A stretch of 64,000 bases of DNA from a bacterium (GTDB lineage Bacteria; SAR324; NAC60-12): contig OZ242383.1 in assembly GCA_965209155.1 (NCBI GenBank), positions 1,024,001 to 1,088,000 on the forward strand, in the 5' to 3' direction. The notes beneath the pieces were generated by a model. It saw only the letters and a program-made list of their open reading frames with translations, had not been told where the DNA came from and made no database searches. Below are positions 61,627 through 64,000 of this stretch, one piece after another (within the stretch, counting starts at the first letter, position 1; every line of letters begins with the position of its first letter). Position numbers and translations under genes: made by a program.

Positions 61627-62859
61627 ATGAGAAAGATGTTTTTATTTTTAATTGTTGTCACTTTACCGGTATGGTCAATAAATGCTGTTGAACCCGGGAA
61701 TCTTGGAGTGGTCGAATTGAAAAAAGAGGAAGCAATTCAAATTCGTTCATTAACGGCAATGACGAATATCCCGTCATTGGGTGAATCTCAGCGCATCGCA
61801 GTTGAGTTGGCTGCGCAAGATTTTGGTGAGATTTATGGACGCGGCATTGAACTGGGAAGTCCTGTAAGCAGTGATTGTTCTTCAGAAGGTGGGATCGAAG
61901 GGGCGAAAGAAATCATTGCCGATGCTCGGGTCATTGGCGTTATCGGAACCTCATGTTCTGTTTCCGCAGTGGAAGCTTCGCCAATAATCAGTGAAGCAGG
62001 CTTGGTCATGGTGTCTCCTTCCAATACTTCACCCGTGCTCACTGCCGACCTGGAAGGGAATCAAAATTCAAAATATTTCCCGGGTTATTTTCGAGTCTCC
62101 AGTAATGATCTTTATGAAGCCCAAGCTGTTGCCGACTTCGCTTATAATGAATTGGGATTGAGGCGGATGGGAACCTTGCACGATGGCGATCCCTACACGG
62201 AATCCCTCGCCGGTGCCTTTAGCAAAATTTTTCGTAGTTTGGGAGGCGAAGTCCTTTTATCTCAGAATGTCGAAAAAGGGGACAAAGACATGAGCGGAAT
62301 TCTGGAAAAATTCAAGGGGGTCCATCCGGATGGGATCTTCTTCTCCCTCTTCGGGCCCGAAGCCTCACCATTTGTCAGCCAACTTCGAGAATCAGAAGAA
62401 TTCAATGACGTTTTATTGATCATGGGAGCCACGTTGCTTGAATCCGATTTTCTCGCCAATCCCCATTCTGAAGAAATTTATGGAGCCGGACCAGAAACAG
62501 AATTGGGAGAAAATATGAATAGCCTGACCGGGAAGAATACCGGGCAGGTATTGGAGGCATTTAATAATTTACACGGAGGTCCTCCGGTCACACCATTCTG
62601 GGCGCATGCTTACGATGCGACCACGCTTTTATTGAAATCCATTCAGTCTGTTGCGGTCGAAGAAGATGGCATCTTGTATATCGATCGTGCCAAATTGCGT
62701 GAACACCTTTCCAATGCGTCCTTTGAGGGCTTGATTGGCAGGGTTTCATGTAAACCCTTCGGCGATTGTGGGACAGGTCGGGTCAATATCTATCATCATC
62801 TCGATTCAAAAATTACCGATGCTTCGAAATTGAAGATTGTCTTCCAGTTTATCCCTTGA
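61627..62859 (+). CDS. Branched-chain amino acid ABC substrate-binding protein (LivJ-type)
   Basis: Signal peptide; GTSCS, SPSNTSP, FRVSSND, AYDA motifs. Confidence 0.9.
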   Translation: MRKMFLFLIVVTLPVWSINAVEPGNLGVVELKKEEAIQIRSLTAMTNIPSLGESQRIAVELAAQDFGEIYGRGIELGSPVSSDCSSEGGIEGAKEIIADARVIGVIGTSCSVSAVEASPIISEAGLVMVSPSNTSPVLTADLEGNQNSKYFPGYFRVSSNDLYEAQAVADFAYNELGLRRMGTLHDGDPYTESLAGAFSKIFRSLGGEVLLSQNVEKGDKDMSGILEKFKGVHPDGIFFSLFGPEASPFVSQLRESEEFNDVLLIMGATLLESDFLANPHSEEIYGAGPETELGENMNSLTGKNTGQVLEAFNNLHGGPPVTPFWAHAYDATTLLLKSIQSVAVEEDGILYIDRAKLREHLSNASFEGLIGRVSCKPFGDCGTGRVNIYHHLDSKITDASKLKIVFQFIP

Positions 62860-62998
62860 ATTGCTCGATGAACTATCCTGGTGCAGGACATACGGGGTAT
62901 CAAAACGCTTTTGAGAAAAGTCTGGCCTGACCAACATTCTTTTTCGCAAAGCAAAGTGGAAAGTTTTTACCCGGCGCTGGCTGAAATAAGGAGTTTTT

Positions 62999-64000
62999 AT
63001 GAACACTCAAAAATTCAAACCATTCCCATTGTTGTTCGCGATTGTTGCGTTAATTGTCGGAATTACCGCCTGCGATCGAGTTTCCCGGATTATCCGAGCG
63101 ACCCCACCTCAGGTGACGCAAGCTAGCGAAGATATGACCATCGGTGTCGTCTTACCGTTGACAGGTCGACTCAGCGACACGTTTGGCCTCCCAATGTCAC
63201 AAGCTCTTGAAATGGCGCTCGATGAGATCAACGCTGCGCAGCGCAAGGGTCCACAACTCAAATTCATCATGGAAGACGATCGGAGCACAACTGACGGAGC
63301 GGTTGAAGCCTTCAATAAGCTGATTCACACGGACGGGGTGTCCATCATCCTTGGACCTGCATCCTCCGCTCAAGCCAGGGAAACTTTTCCGATCGCGCAA
63401 GAGAACCAGGTGCTGGCAATCAGCCCGACGTCCTCGGCCCGCGGTCTCAGCGCGCTTGGTGATTTTGTTTTTCGTATCGCGCTGACTACGGATAAACTCA
63501 TTCCCAGGGGCATTGAGGTAACCCACGCAAAACTCGGTTACCAACGCGCCGCTACGATATACGACGCAGCCGATTTTTTCTCCACCGACGGGGACGCCTC
63601 CGTACAGGAAGTCCTCACTGCCAAAGGGATTGCGGTGTTGACCACTGAAACTTTCCAAGGTGGGGATACCGACTTTTCTGAACCATTAACCCGAATACAA
63701 AAACTGAACCCCGACGTTATTTTTGTCTCATGCCTGTCGCCGGAGAAACCCGGGATACTCACCCAAGGACGCGAACTCGAAATATCCGCACCCTTTGTTG
63801 TGCGGACATTGACCGGACAAGACGTGCAAGCCTCCGGTCCAGCCGCTGAGGGTTCGATGACTTTCGTAGGATGGGGCGCTCCAATCAACACGCCGGGGAA
63901 TCAAGCTTTCGTGCAGAACTACCATGCCAGGTACGGAGAGGAACCGGTCAATCCCGCTGCGCGTTCGTATGCATCGCTCCATATCCTGGCAGAGGCCATC
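62999..64000 (+). CDS. LivJ-type ABC substrate-binding lipoprotein (runs off window end)
   Basis: Manual translation from ATG 62999 (RBS AAGGAG): MNTQKFKPFPLLFAIVALIVGITA-C...IGVVLPLTG...EDDRS...ILGPASS...GDFVFR...GDTDFS; open to 64000. Confidence 0.88.
   Translation, partial: MNTQKFKPFPLLFAIVALIVGITACDRVSRIIRATPPQVTQASEDMTIGVVLPLTGRLSDTFGLPMSQALEMALDEINAAQRKGPQLKFIMEDDRSTTDGAVEAFNKLIHTDGVSIILGPASSAQARETFPIAQENQVLAISPTSSARGLSALGDFVFRIALTTDKLIPRGIEVTHAKLGYQRAATIYDAADFFSTDGDASVQEVLTAKGIAVLTTETFQGGDTDFSEPLTRIQKLNPDVIFVSCLSPEKPGILTQGRELEISAPFVVRTLTGQDVQASGPAAEGSMTFVGWGAPINTPGNQAFVQNYHARYGEEPVNPAARSYASLHILAEAI

Noticed and set aside
62881..63126. 81-aa ORF in the track
   Set aside because: Overlaps the better-supported lipoprotein gene starting at 62999 in another frame.

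Overview
Bacterial chromosomal window with two halves. (1) About 1-26.2 kb is an accessory island. It carries a minus-strand catabolic array: partial acyl-CoA dehydrogenase, bicupin, two SDRs, Gfo/Idh/MocA oxidoreductase, TauE/SafE exporter, VPS10/BNR-repeat hydrolase, M81/MlrC peptidase, amidase, and a GC-rich AglEFGK-like sugar ABC transporter with no aglA. Upstream of the array lie a candidate sigma-54 promoter with enhancer-like sites, an ISL3 element and a RelE/ParE toxin-antitoxin pair. The island ends in an unusual 1928-aa protein that fuses an integrase arm-type DNA-binding domain to a pseudo-Ser/Thr kinase, STAND ATPase, helical region, GAF, sigma-54 activator and Fis HTH. The island also has many duplicated gene-end remnants and REP/MITE-like palindromes. 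(2) About 26.3-64 kb is core-like: cysteine desulfurase, two uncharacterised genes, the str-S10-spc-alpha ribosomal cluster, nadE, cobN with a ChlD-like ATPase, cbiB, SulP, a three-gene pnt locus and two LivJ-type binding proteins. The ribosomal cluster lacks rplC and rpsD, has an extended L17, and has an EF-G with degenerate domain IV. Single-base frameshifts in rplQ, rpoA and cobN are probably sequencing errors. A deltaproteobacteria-like host (possibly SAR324) is an impression from the proteins, not a tested result. All family calls are by motif recognition; no database searches were run.
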